The position numbers and the translations under genes are program-made. Of a DNA stretch of 64,000 bases, positions 37,154 through 46,319 are shown piece by piece. Numbering within the stretch: position 1 is the first letter of the stretch; each line of letters starts with the position of its first letter. Source of the stretch: an uncultured Candidatus Saccharibacteria bacterium (GTDB lineage: Bacteria > Patescibacteriota > Dojkabacteria > GCA-002793355); the NCBI GenBank assembly GCA_964525295.1, contig CAZGEO010000002.1, positions 258,551-322,550 of the forward strand. Reading direction: 5' to 3'. The notes below the pieces were generated by a model. The model searched no databases. It saw nothing but the letters and a program-made list of their open reading frames with translations, and was not told the origin of the DNA.

Positions 37154-37955
37154 AATTGTCTATTAATATGACTATTGCCCAGAACAAAATATGAGGAAGA
37201 AACGAAAGTATTGGGGCTGTTTGCGAGAATGAGATGAGGAGTAGGTTGGTGGTATTCATCACTGCGTGTAATACCATTAAGAGTACAATATTCTGCGATT
37301 TTTCATATAGGTAAGTATAGATGTAGTTCGCTGCAATAATGCTCATGGTGAACCCTAGTAAAGTTGGTAAGATTACTAGTAAATTTGTGGTGCCAGTTTG
37401 ATAAACTACGAACGGAAAGTGCCAAAGCGCCCAAATAGCGCCACTGTAAAATGCTGTATCCCAACGATTATGATGCATGCTGAATAATCGAGATACCTTA
37501 CCACGCCAAAGAGGCTCCTCGAAGCCACTTGTTAGTAGATTTGCCAGAAAGTAGGATCCAAGAGAGAACAGTGAGGTCTGTGAAATACTGTTCCACGAAC
37601 TCGGTCCGGCAAGCAGTGATGCAGACAATAGGAAAATTGAGGGAAGAATCAATACTGCGAGCCACCATTGTGGATATCTAACGGAAAAGGAAATCGGCAA
37701 TTTCGTTCTATCTGCTTTGAGTAGCCATACAATACCAACGCTCAGTACAGGGCCGTAAACGGCAAGTGTAAACAATAATTTGGCAAGAAATTCGGGGGTT
37801 CCGTAGCTTTTTGGCAAATCGAATAATGTACCAGTATAAATACGTTGAATACCCAGTTGCTTGGCAAGGTAAAAACTTGTTAACCAAAGCCCCCAGGTTA
37901 TTGCGATTGCAATTGCAGAATAAAGTAGTGCTAATCTGATTTCCTTGTGTTGCAT
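37116..37955 (-). CDS. CPBP-family intramembrane metalloprotease (CAAX protease / Abi)
   Basis: EEPLWRG, FxxxxxWxxxHFP and HAVMN motifs. Confidence 0.75.
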   Translation of the reverse strand: MQHKEIRLALLYSAIAIAITWGLWLTSFYLAKQLGIQRIYTGTLFDLPKSYGTPEFLAKLLFTLAVYGPVLSVGIVWLLKADRTKLPISFSVRYPQWWLAVLILPSIFLLSASLLAGPSSWNSISQTSLFSLGSYFLANLLTSGFEEPLWRGKVSRLFSMHHNRWDTAFYSGAIWALWHFPFVVYQTGTTNLLVILPTLLGFTMSIIAANYIYTYLYEKSQNIVLLMVLHAVMNTTNLLLISFSQTAPILSFLPHILFWAIVILIDNFDKEKHGNSKTN

Positions 37956-37969
37956 GAAGGAAGTATACG

Positions 37970-39262
37970 CTACTTCGCTCGTGGTGTGAATTCTCGACGT
38001 GGTCTTGAAGAAAAGCCTCTTCTTGGGCGTCTTGCTTCAAATGGCTTTGCGCTTTCGCTTGGAAGTCTTTCTTGACCTGAGAAAGATTTTTCAACAAAGG
38101 TGATTGCTGTTCCTGCTTCTTGAGCTCTACCAGTTCTTCCGATTCGGTGAATATAGTCTTCGTAGTTGTTTGGAACATCAAAATTGATAACATGAGTAAT
38201 TCCTTTGACATCAAGACCTCGTGCGGCAACGTCAGTTGCAATCAGAATATTGGCTTTTCCTGCTTTGAAAGCATCGAGTGCTCTAGTTCTTTGATTCTGC
38301 CTTTTATCACCGTGTAATGCCTCTACTTTGAAGCCTTGCGTTCGCAAAAGCTTTTCCATTTTTTCAACATGCCATTTCATATTCATGAAAAGCAGTACTT
38401 TTTGAAGTTCTGGAGTCTTTAGTAATGCAAGGAGTTTGTGCTCTTTGTCGAGTTTGCCAGAATAATGAAGTACCTTTTGTGTTACGTTTTCTGCTGTCTC
38501 GCGGGTTCTTACAGAAATATTGATGTGATCAGGTTTCAATGTTTCTTTGATAATTTTTTCAATTTTTGGATCGAGTGTCGCAGAAAAGAATAATGATTGT
38601 CTTTCTTTTTTAAGTTTCGACGTAAGGTAGGTAATATCATTAATAAAGCCCATATCTAGCATGCGATCAACTTCATCAAGTACTAATGAGTCAACATGAT
38701 TAAGGCGCAATATGTTGCGATCATATAAATCTTTTAATCGACCTGGAGTTCCAATAATGAAGTGAGGATTTCGCTTGATCGCTTGAATCTGTGAATACAT
38801 GTTGCTTCCACCAATACAAAGGGCTGCGCCAATTGGAAGTTCGAGCGATAGTAGATACAACTCATCAGCGATTTGCTCAGCTAATTCTCTTGTAGGCGTG
38901 ACGATTAGTACGCGTGTTTCTCTATTTTGAATAACTTTTTGAATCAAAGGTATTAAAAATGCAGCTGTTTTGCCCGTACCTGTATTGGCGATACCTAACA
39001 CATCATTGCCATCGAGTGCTGCAGGAATTGCCTGATCTTGAATTGGTGTAGGCTCGGTAAAGCCTTTCTCAATTATATTTCGTTTGAGGGTTGCGTTTAT
39101 GTGCAATTTATCAAAAGAAATCTGCGGAACGAATTGCTCCTTTGGCAATGTCGTTTTTGCTTCGGCAATGAATTGCCGTTCATCGAATTGTACTGGTTGC
39201 CTTCGCTTCTTTTGTGAGAAATTGCGTTTTCTTGGGGAACCGTGGAAACTTGAATTTGTCAT
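37970..39262 (-). CDS. DEAD-box ATP-dependent RNA helicase
   Basis: GTGKTAAF, PTRELA, DEVD, SAT, HRIGRTGRA motifs. Arg-rich C-terminal tail. Confidence 0.85.
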   Translation of the reverse strand: MTNSSFHGSPRKRNFSQKKRRQPVQFDERQFIAEAKTTLPKEQFVPQISFDKLHINATLKRNIIEKGFTEPTPIQDQAIPAALDGNDVLGIANTGTGKTAAFLIPLIQKVIQNRETRVLIVTPTRELAEQIADELYLLSLELPIGAALCIGGSNMYSQIQAIKRNPHFIIGTPGRLKDLYDRNILRLNHVDSLVLDEVDRMLDMGFINDITYLTSKLKKERQSLFFSATLDPKIEKIIKETLKPDHINISVRTRETAENVTQKVLHYSGKLDKEHKLLALLKTPELQKVLLFMNMKWHVEKMEKLLRTQGFKVEALHGDKRQNQRTRALDAFKAGKANILIATDVAARGLDVKGITHVINFDVPNNYEDYIHRIGRTGRAQEAGTAITFVEKSFSGQERLPSESAKPFEARRPRRGFSSRPRREFTPRAK

Positions 39263-39327
39263 GAATATACCGAATTATATCATAATTCATGACAATCCGC
39301 CACAGTCGATTATCTTGAAATCCTAGG

Positions 39328-40359
39328 CTATGCGGTTTTGCGAATAGTGATTTTACGAGCAATGAGTACGATAGCAATAACAATAAGAGCCCAATCCCCA
39401 AAGTTTACACTTGCTGGAGAAACTACCAGTTTGATTACTGCATTACTTGTAACGTAGATGAATACGCCAATTAAGGCAAATCCTAAGAGTCCAACTGTTA
39501 ATGCAAGTGACTGTGGAACTGGTCGTTCGTCTGGTTTGAGTGGAGGATTGTTTGATTTGTCTACGACGCTTGTTTCATTACTCGTTGTAGCTGAATCATT
39601 CGAAAGAGGTCGTTCATTTGTAATCGTAGAAAAGGGCAATCCAATTTTTTCGAACATTGTTTCTGAATACTTAAAGAAGGGTTCAGCTTTGTACATAATT
39701 TCACTTGTTCTGATACAGAAATAATAGGTTTCAACCGGTGATGGTTCGCCTTTATCGTTGTAAACTTCCCCCTCAAGGATTTCAATCAGATGATGTTCTG
39801 GAAAACCAAGCTTCTGGCGTAAAATCATGGCATAGGCAAACTCATGTGCATGACTAATCGGATCAGCACGGTAAGCTTCAAGGCCTCCGGGTTTTGATAA
39901 TTCGTAGTTACGAGCCTCGCCACGTTCAATCATTTTTAAATATTCTTCAAGAAGTTCGGATATATCAAGGCCGTATATGTCTGGAAGATCCTTAATCTCA
40001 AAGGCGGAGGTAATAGCACCGTTGGTCGATTCTAGAAATAGTTGATATCCAACACTTTCATTTGAAGAAAATGCAAAGGCTTTACCTGGAATTCGATAGG
40101 TTTTACCATTTGGTAGTTTTCCCTCTAGTTGCGATAAATGATTGAGGAAGTTTGGCATAGGGTAGCCGCTTCTTATGACAGTAGTATCTTTATAAACCAA
40201 TACAGTAAATATTTCATTATTCTCTTCGTGTTCAGGTTTTGTTTTTGTAATAGAAATCTGAGTATCTTCAGCGAAGAACTTCTGTATCCGCGTTTCTAGT
40301 TCAGGAATTGAATCTTCAGAAGTATTAGGAAGAACAATTGCGTCGTATTTGTAACTCAT
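39328..40359 (-). CDS. Hypothetical protein with a soluble N-terminal domain and two C-terminal TM helices
   Basis: ORF with no assignable motif. Stop/start junction with the M48 peptidase gene. Confidence 0.45.
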   Translation of the reverse strand: MSYKYDAIVLPNTSEDSIPELETRIQKFFAEDTQISITKTKPEHEENNEIFTVLVYKDTTVIRSGYPMPNFLNHLSQLEGKLPNGKTYRIPGKAFAFSSNESVGYQLFLESTNGAITSAFEIKDLPDIYGLDISELLEEYLKMIERGEARNYELSKPGGLEAYRADPISHAHEFAYAMILRQKLGFPEHHLIEILEGEVYNDKGEPSPVETYYFCIRTSEIMYKAEPFFKYSETMFEKIGLPFSTITNERPLSNDSATTSNETSVVDKSNNPPLKPDERPVPQSLALTVGLLGFALIGVFIYVTSNAVIKLVVSPASVNFGDWALIVIAIVLIARKITIRKTA

Positions 40360-40361
40360 AG

Positions 40362-41069
40362 TTAATTATAACCCGAATCGATTATTTGGGCAATTTTCTC
40401 GTTTCCAAATCTATGATACATAACGTGCCTGAGGAATTTTGGTGTTGCGGATTTCCTGTCAGAGAGTCTTTTTATTGCCTTAATAACTAGTGCTGCCCCA
40501 AGGATTTCTACTGCGAAGCGATCCGCGGCATCTTCATCTGCTCTAAACATATGGAAAAAATAGAATGCGAATGCAAGGGAAAATAGCAAGGCAACGGAGT
40601 AACTTGGTTGCATAAACAAGTATATTAAGGTCGAGGCATACAGAAAATATCTAACAATAGTTACTCGATTTGGCAGGTGTTCAAGTTGAATATGACCGAT
40701 TTCATGGGCTACAAAGTATTTCAACTCGGTCACGCTTAATGTTTCTATTGCGGTAGACGAAATGTAGAAAACCTTTTTATGAAAATCCTTGACGTAAGCA
40801 ATTAGTGAGTTCGATTGAATTATTTGAATTGAATAATCACCAAGTCTTTTAGCAAGTGATAGGGTTTCGGGTGGAATTTTCGACGTAGTAGTCGTTTTTT
40901 TGACAAAGAACTTTCTGAAGGTATCCTTACCCAAAGGAATGTATAAAATGCCAATATAGGGAAGGCTCACCAGTATGAACCCGAGCACAATACTTATTAC
41001 CGAGGCAAGAAGTGCGTGAGACAAAAATCCCCAGAAGTAGAGCAATCCTTCAAGTAGCTCAGTTCCCAT
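40362..41069 (-). CDS. M48-family (HtpX/BlaR1-like) membrane zinc metallopeptidase
   Basis: HEIGH motif plus a downstream Glu, N-terminal TM helices. Confidence 0.65.
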   Translation of the reverse strand: MGTELLEGLLYFWGFLSHALLASVISIVLGFILVSLPYIGILYIPLGKDTFRKFFVKKTTTTSKIPPETLSLAKRLGDYSIQIIQSNSLIAYVKDFHKKVFYISSTAIETLSVTELKYFVAHEIGHIQLEHLPNRVTIVRYFLYASTLIYLFMQPSYSVALLFSLAFAFYFFHMFRADEDAADRFAVEILGAALVIKAIKRLSDRKSATPKFLRHVMYHRFGNEKIAQIIDSGYN

Positions 41070-41445
41070 GCTGGTTAAACATGATCACATATCCTTCGGG
41101 ATCTTTAATAGAAAATTCGATAGTGCCATAATTTGTGTGATGTAATGGCTGTATAAGGCAAGGGTAATTGTCGAACTGTTTGTAAAGACTATGAATATCT
41201 TCTACTTCAAGAAATAAGGCAATGGTCCCAGAAGTTTTTAAGTCAGCAAAGTGCGGGATTTCTTCTACAAATTCGTTGCGACGATAAAGCATTAAGGTTA
41301 CAGGGCCGTTTGCGATTATAGCGAAAAAAGCTGCTGTTTCTGGTGACGAGTTAACAATAGAAAAATTCAGCTCTTTCGTATAAAAATCGATCATTTTTTG
41401 CATGTCATCGACAAGCAATTCGGTGACTAGAGATTTAGCTTTCAT
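41059..41445 (-). CDS. VOC / glyoxalase-bleomycin-resistance family protein
   Basis: Two beta-alpha-beta-beta-beta modules of a typical glyoxalase fold. Confidence 0.6.
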   Translation of the reverse strand: MKAKSLVTELLVDDMQKMIDFYTKELNFSIVNSSPETAAFFAIIANGPVTLMLYRRNEFVEEIPHFADLKTSGTIALFLEVEDIHSLYKQFDNYPCLIQPLHHTNYGTIEFSIKDPEGYVIMFNQHGN

Positions 41446-42826
41446 AAGATTTCTTTACCTCTTGTTGAAATAGGTCACCACGTTCTTCAAAATTTTTGAA
41501 CATGTTATAGCTAGGCGAGGCTGGTGAAAGCAGACAGATTTTGCCCTTTGCAGTTTTCTCTTTTGCAAAAGTGACTGCATCGTGCAGTGTTTCTGCAAAT
41601 AAGGTAGTAAATCTCTCTACTATCAAGGGATTTTTCTTCTTCATTAATTCCCAGATGATTGCTCCTGAAGTTGGAAGAAAGGCAATATTTTTAACGGTCG
41701 AGGTAGGCAAGTATTCAGCTATTGGGGTGAAATCTATCCCTCGATCTAGTCCCCCTAGAATAATGGTATCGACATTCTTAAGAGCTTCTATTGCCTGAAT
41801 GGCAGCCTGAGGAATTGTTGAAATTGAGTCATCGTAATAGGCTATTTCGTTATATGTACCAAAATACTGCATTCTGTGAGGGAGTGGCTCAAATTCACTG
41901 ATAACTTGTGTAATTATTTCATTTTTCAATCCTAAGTGTTTTGCCACACAGATGGCAGCCATAATATTGTATAGATTATGCTTCCCAAGAAGATGTCGCG
42001 GTGACGCAGTGTCGTATACTGCTTCTGCACCATAATAAAGGATGCCGTTTTTCTCATAACATCCATTTATAGATTCACGATCGTTTGAAAAGAAGCTTTT
42101 TTCCCCGTTGTGCGTACTTTTAGCGACAAACTCATGCAATAAAGAATGGTCACGATTATAGACCAATAGATCGTTATTTCCTTGATGTAGGAATATGTTA
42201 AGTTTTGAATTAACGTAGTTTTCGAAAGTTCCATGGTGATCAAGATGCTCCTCATACAGATTGAGCAAAATAGCAATATGAGGTGAAACACGTGAGTATT
42301 CCAATTGATATGAAGACATCTCGCAAACAACGGTGGTTGTGGTGTTGAGGGTATCTATGACATCAAATATCGGAATTCCAATATTGCCAGTTAGCACAGA
42401 ATCAGGATTGGCTTTATGAACCATCTTATAAAGTAAAGCGGTTGTCGTGCTTTTGCCCTTTGAACCTGTAATACCAATTACGTTAACAGCGTTGAATTCA
42501 AGGAGTAAATCTAACTGAGAAGTGAGTTTTGACTTAACTTCATCGTCAATTTTTCCTTCTAATGCTATGCCAGGTGTTTTAATTATTAAGTCGAAATCAG
42601 GCAATACCGAAAGATAGTTTTCGCCAAGGTGCAACGTTAAGTTTGAATCGTTCGTCAGTAAGGGTGATTCTTTGACCTTTTCAGAGGCATCGGCAATCGC
42701 AAATTTTTGCTCTGGCAAATATTTGCGCAATAATAAGTAAGCTGATTGCCCTTCTTTACCAAAGCCCAATATTAGGATTTTTTTGTTTTCAGTCTTTGCA
42801 ATAATTTTTTTTACTAACCAGTTCAT
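41435..42826 (-). CDS. murD: UDP-N-acetylmuramoylalanine--D-glutamate ligase
   Basis: N-terminal Rossmann ILILGFGKEG and Mur ligase P-loop GITGSKGKSTTT. Confidence 0.8.
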   Translation of the reverse strand: MNWLVKKIIAKTENKKILILGFGKEGQSAYLLLRKYLPEQKFAIADASEKVKESPLLTNDSNLTLHLGENYLSVLPDFDLIIKTPGIALEGKIDDEVKSKLTSQLDLLLEFNAVNVIGITGSKGKSTTTALLYKMVHKANPDSVLTGNIGIPIFDVIDTLNTTTTVVCEMSSYQLEYSRVSPHIAILLNLYEEHLDHHGTFENYVNSKLNIFLHQGNNDLLVYNRDHSLLHEFVAKSTHNGEKSFFSNDRESINGCYEKNGILYYGAEAVYDTASPRHLLGKHNLYNIMAAICVAKHLGLKNEIITQVISEFEPLPHRMQYFGTYNEIAYYDDSISTIPQAAIQAIEALKNVDTIILGGLDRGIDFTPIAEYLPTSTVKNIAFLPTSGAIIWELMKKKNPLIVERFTTLFAETLHDAVTFAKEKTAKGKICLLSPASPSYNMFKNFEERGDLFQQEVKKSYES

Positions 42827-44247
42827 AATACATTTTTAACTTTCGAAATTAGTTTCTCTGGAATAAGATTCTCAGTATCAAAAAAAGTCGAAAGATAAGT
42901 ATTCACCTCATCTGTAGAAGAGATGAGAGTAGGGTATTCATCTTTAAAGACTTGTAGTAGCTTCGGAAGTGGTTCGGTTTCTGGATGTTTTGCAAGGATA
43001 AGTGACAGAGCCATCGCAGTTTCTGCCTTAGTGCCTACACATTCAAGTGGTTTAATGAATTTGTCATCAATTAGCCCACGTAAATCAGCAAGTAGGTTTT
43101 CATTGGCAAGTAAATCACTTTTGAATACTCGGGCAAGTTCTGCGCGTGACATAAAGGCCTGCATAAGGATACTTGAGAATAGGCATTTGGAACAATTCTC
43201 GCACCATTTATTGGTTTTATTGCCTAGATTACAACTAATAAATTTTTCAAAATACTGTGGATATTTAGTAAATTCACGAGCAATTTGAATTTCAGCAAGC
43301 GGCCTTAAGAGGCTGTAGTAATTCATTTCTTTGCTAAAAGAATGCTGGAAGTAGTTGTGTAGATCTTGCTCAACTGCAAAGGTTTTTGAGTATTGATGAT
43401 TGACCTCGCTTCCTGGAACAGAACTTTCATTTGCGCTACTTTCATTCGAAAGTACAATATTCTTCTTTTTGAATAAGGCTGAGGCCAAAGCACCGTAAAA
43501 AGCGAATACGATTGATACTGGAGTGTGCCCGTTTAGGTAACCTTGCTTGTTTAGTTCAATTAATCTTGAGTCGATCGTTCTGAAGACTTCGAATATTGAA
43601 GCTTGCTCGAAACCTGCAATTTCAGCTGTATTTAGCGCACTTTGTAGGGTAAAGTTCGTATGAACCACCAGGGCTGTATTGCGAGGCATTTCTTTGAGAA
43701 GTTCCAAGGTTACAACCGAATCTTTACCACCACCAACAGGAATAATATTTTCATCACGCAGTTGAATTTCTTCTATTTCGAATTTTTTGGAATTGGCAGC
43801 TATAGTAATGCGGTTGAATTCTTCTTGTGATGTTTTGATTCCGTTTTCAAATATAAATTGACCTAACCCTTTGTAGAATTGTTTCTTCCAGAACGCTAAT
43901 TCAATTTCATCAAGAAAACTTGCCTCGATTATGATCTCGGGTGAGCACGTTACTTTCCAGTAGCTTAGTAGTTCAGAAAGCCCAATATTGAATACTATTT
44001 TATGAAGTAACGGGGATTCTGGGGTGAGTTCAAAAGCGAACTGTTTTTTCGGAATTCTAACCTCTGGGGTAAATGTTGTTAGCCCAGGAATTTCAAAGGT
44101 GAAGGAAAGAAGTACTTCGTTATCAGTTTGGTTTATTGAGTAATTTCTGTAGTAGAAGGTTGGATATTTTTGTCGATACTCTTGAAATTTTGCCTGCTCA
44201 TCTTTCATTGTTTTAATTATAACACCAGTTGTATTTGTCACGGACAT
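42823..44247 (-). CDS. Enlarged QueC-like PP-loop ATP pyrophosphatase (QueC-type core plus extra approximately 160-aa N-terminal and approximately 100-aa C-terminal domains)
   Basis: PP-loop GGGKDS. About 165 aa later a C-x9-C-x2-C-x2-C cluster (SCNLGNKTNKWCENCSKC), matching the QueC zinc-site spacing. Intervening segments align with QueC blocks as I recall them. Confidence 0.55.
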   Translation of the reverse strand: MSVTNTTGVIIKTMKDEQAKFQEYRQKYPTFYYRNYSINQTDNEVLLSFTFEIPGLTTFTPEVRIPKKQFAFELTPESPLLHKIVFNIGLSELLSYWKVTCSPEIIIEASFLDEIELAFWKKQFYKGLGQFIFENGIKTSQEEFNRITIAANSKKFEIEEIQLRDENIIPVGGGKDSVVTLELLKEMPRNTALVVHTNFTLQSALNTAEIAGFEQASIFEVFRTIDSRLIELNKQGYLNGHTPVSIVFAFYGALASALFKKKNIVLSNESSANESSVPGSEVNHQYSKTFAVEQDLHNYFQHSFSKEMNYYSLLRPLAEIQIAREFTKYPQYFEKFISCNLGNKTNKWCENCSKCLFSSILMQAFMSRAELARVFKSDLLANENLLADLRGLIDDKFIKPLECVGTKAETAMALSLILAKHPETEPLPKLLQVFKDEYPTLISSTDEVNTYLSTFFDTENLIPEKLISKVKNVL

Positions 44248-44265
44248 AGAATGTTACAATTAGTC

Positions 44266-45390
44266 ATGAAATTTAATGTACTTACATTTCTTGCGTTACT
44301 TTTTATAAATTTTTTTGTCACTATTCCGACTGTTCGGGCTGAAAGCGAAAAGACTGAAACTATCCAGGCGACGGTGCAAAGTATTCTTGAAGAGAAAGAA
44401 ATCGTATCAGAAACGCACCTAAGAAAGTATCAAAAGCTTCAGTTACAGGTCACTTCGGGTACTGATGTAGGTAAAATCATAATTATTGAAAATGGTAATG
44501 AGTATTCTTTGCAACAAATAACCTACAAACCTGGAGATAAGCTATTTATTTCGAAATTTTCAGATGGTGCCGGTGATTTTACTTACTTAATTGCTGGAGT
44601 AAATCGAAGTAGCGCTTTGTGGCTTTTATTTGCAATATTTATTTTTATGTCAATTTTGGTGGGTTCTAAAAAAGGTTTACTCTCGCTTTTTGCCATGGGG
44701 GTTTCCTTTTTAGTTTTGTTTTTTGTAATAATTCCCTCGATTCAACAAGGAAATGACCCGACGTTTAGTACAATTTTGGGATCATTGATTATAATTCCCG
44801 TCACATTTTATTTATCACACGGTTTCGACAAAAAGACTTCAGTTGCAGTTCTCGGGACACTGATAGCAATTGTAATCACGGGTATTTTGTCATATTTATT
44901 TGTTAATCTTACTCAACTTACAGGTATGATTGATGAGGAAACTATGATGCTTCAGGCGCGTAATGAGTCAGTCATGAATTTGAAGGGATTATTGTTAGCG
45001 GGAATCATAATTGGGGCATTAGGAGTTCTAGACGACATTACAACCTCACAAGCTGCAGTCGCTTTTCAGTTGTATGATGTTAATAATCGACTTACTTTCT
45101 GGGAACTTTTTCGACGTTCAACAGAAGTAGGAAAAGATCATATTGCGTCAATGATAAATACTTTAGTTTTGGCTTATACGGGAGCTTCTTTACCATTAAT
45201 TCTGCTGTTTACAACAAATCCAAGGCCAATTGTTGAAATTTTGAATTTTGAAATGATGACTGCAGAAATTGTTCGAACGCTTGTTGGCAGTATTGGTTTA
45301 ATTGTAGCGGTCCCAATTACGAATTTCATTGCCTGTTTGGCACTATTTAGTAAGAAAAATGACCAAAGGCACTTGCTAAAAGATTCGTAG
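44266..45390 (+). CDS. YibE/F-family polytopic membrane protein
   Basis: Signal peptide plus a multi-TM YibE/F-like C-terminal region. The track ORF begins at 44170 and overlaps the divergent gene, so the internal Met was chosen. Confidence 0.6.
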   Translation: MKFNVLTFLALLFINFFVTIPTVRAESEKTETIQATVQSILEEKEIVSETHLRKYQKLQLQVTSGTDVGKIIIIENGNEYSLQQITYKPGDKLFISKFSDGAGDFTYLIAGVNRSSALWLLFAIFIFMSILVGSKKGLLSLFAMGVSFLVLFFVIIPSIQQGNDPTFSTILGSLIIIPVTFYLSHGFDKKTSVAVLGTLIAIVITGILSYLFVNLTQLTGMIDEETMMLQARNESVMNLKGLLLAGIIIGALGVLDDITTSQAAVAFQLYDVNNRLTFWELFRRSTEVGKDHIASMINTLVLAYTGASLPLILLFTTNPRPIVEILNFEMMTAEIVRTLVGSIGLIVAVPITNFIACLALFSKKNDQRHLLKDS

Positions 45391-45406
45391 CTGTGTACGA
45401 TGATAA

Positions 45407-46210
45407 ATGGAAACAATACTGCCACTTTCTTCATTACTTTCATTTAAAGGTAAAAAGGTCCTAATTACCGGTTCTTCTTCAGGTATTGGTAAAGCAACTG
45501 CTATGCGATTTGCAGAAGCTGGAGCGGAATTATTACTACTTAATAGAAGTCTGCCAGATGAAAAAATGCCTGAATATGCTGAAAAATCGCCTAAAGTTCG
45601 TTTTTTTGCCGTTGATGTAGGAGTTAAAGAACAGGTTGACAAATTTTGGTCGGAATTAAAAGATGATGAACTTCCCGATATCATCGTAAATAATGCAGGA
45701 ATTTATCCAATTAAAGAGTTTCTAGAAGTAGATGAAGCGTTTTTAGATAAAGTGCTCGATGTTAATATGAATTCTGTTTTTTGGATGTCACAGAATTTCG
45801 TACAGCGAAGAAGAGCGTTGAAACTTGGGGGGAATATGATTAATATCTCGTCAATTGAAGCTGTTTTGCCAATGACAAAACATATGGTTCACTACTCAAC
45901 TAGTAAAGCTGGAGTTATCGCAATTACTCGAAGCGTTGCGCGAGATTATGGTAAAGATGGATTTAAAGCAAATGCAATTATGCCAGGTGGCATCATGACC
46001 GAAGGGACACGTTCAACGCAAATGGATGCATTGATTCACCTAAGATTCGATTTGTTCAAGGCAGGGTATGATTTTGCACAAAGATTAACAATGGGGCGCT
46101 GGGGAGAGCCAGATGAGATCGCAAAGGTGGCATTATTCTTGGCAAGCGATATGGCAAGTTACATGAATGGCGCAGTAGTACCGGTTGATGGTGGGTTTAC
46201 TAGCTCATAA
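45407..46210 (+). CDS. Short-chain dehydrogenase/reductase (SDR)
   Basis: TGSSSGIG Rossmann motif, YxxxK (YSTSK). Confidence 0.8.
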   Translation: METILPLSSLLSFKGKKVLITGSSSGIGKATAMRFAEAGAELLLLNRSLPDEKMPEYAEKSPKVRFFAVDVGVKEQVDKFWSELKDDELPDIIVNNAGIYPIKEFLEVDEAFLDKVLDVNMNSVFWMSQNFVQRRRALKLGGNMINISSIEAVLPMTKHMVHYSTSKAGVIAITRSVARDYGKDGFKANAIMPGGIMTEGTRSTQMDALIHLRFDLFKAGYDFAQRLTMGRWGEPDEIAKVALFLASDMASYMNGAVVPVDGGFTSS

Positions 46211-46319
46211 ATAATTAATAATTTTCACTGGTCAATTATTAATGTTTATGATTTTGCGCAACGCCAGGTGTAATTCAATATGGCTTTAGTGCTTTAAAGC
46301 TTAAATTCTTTATGTATTA

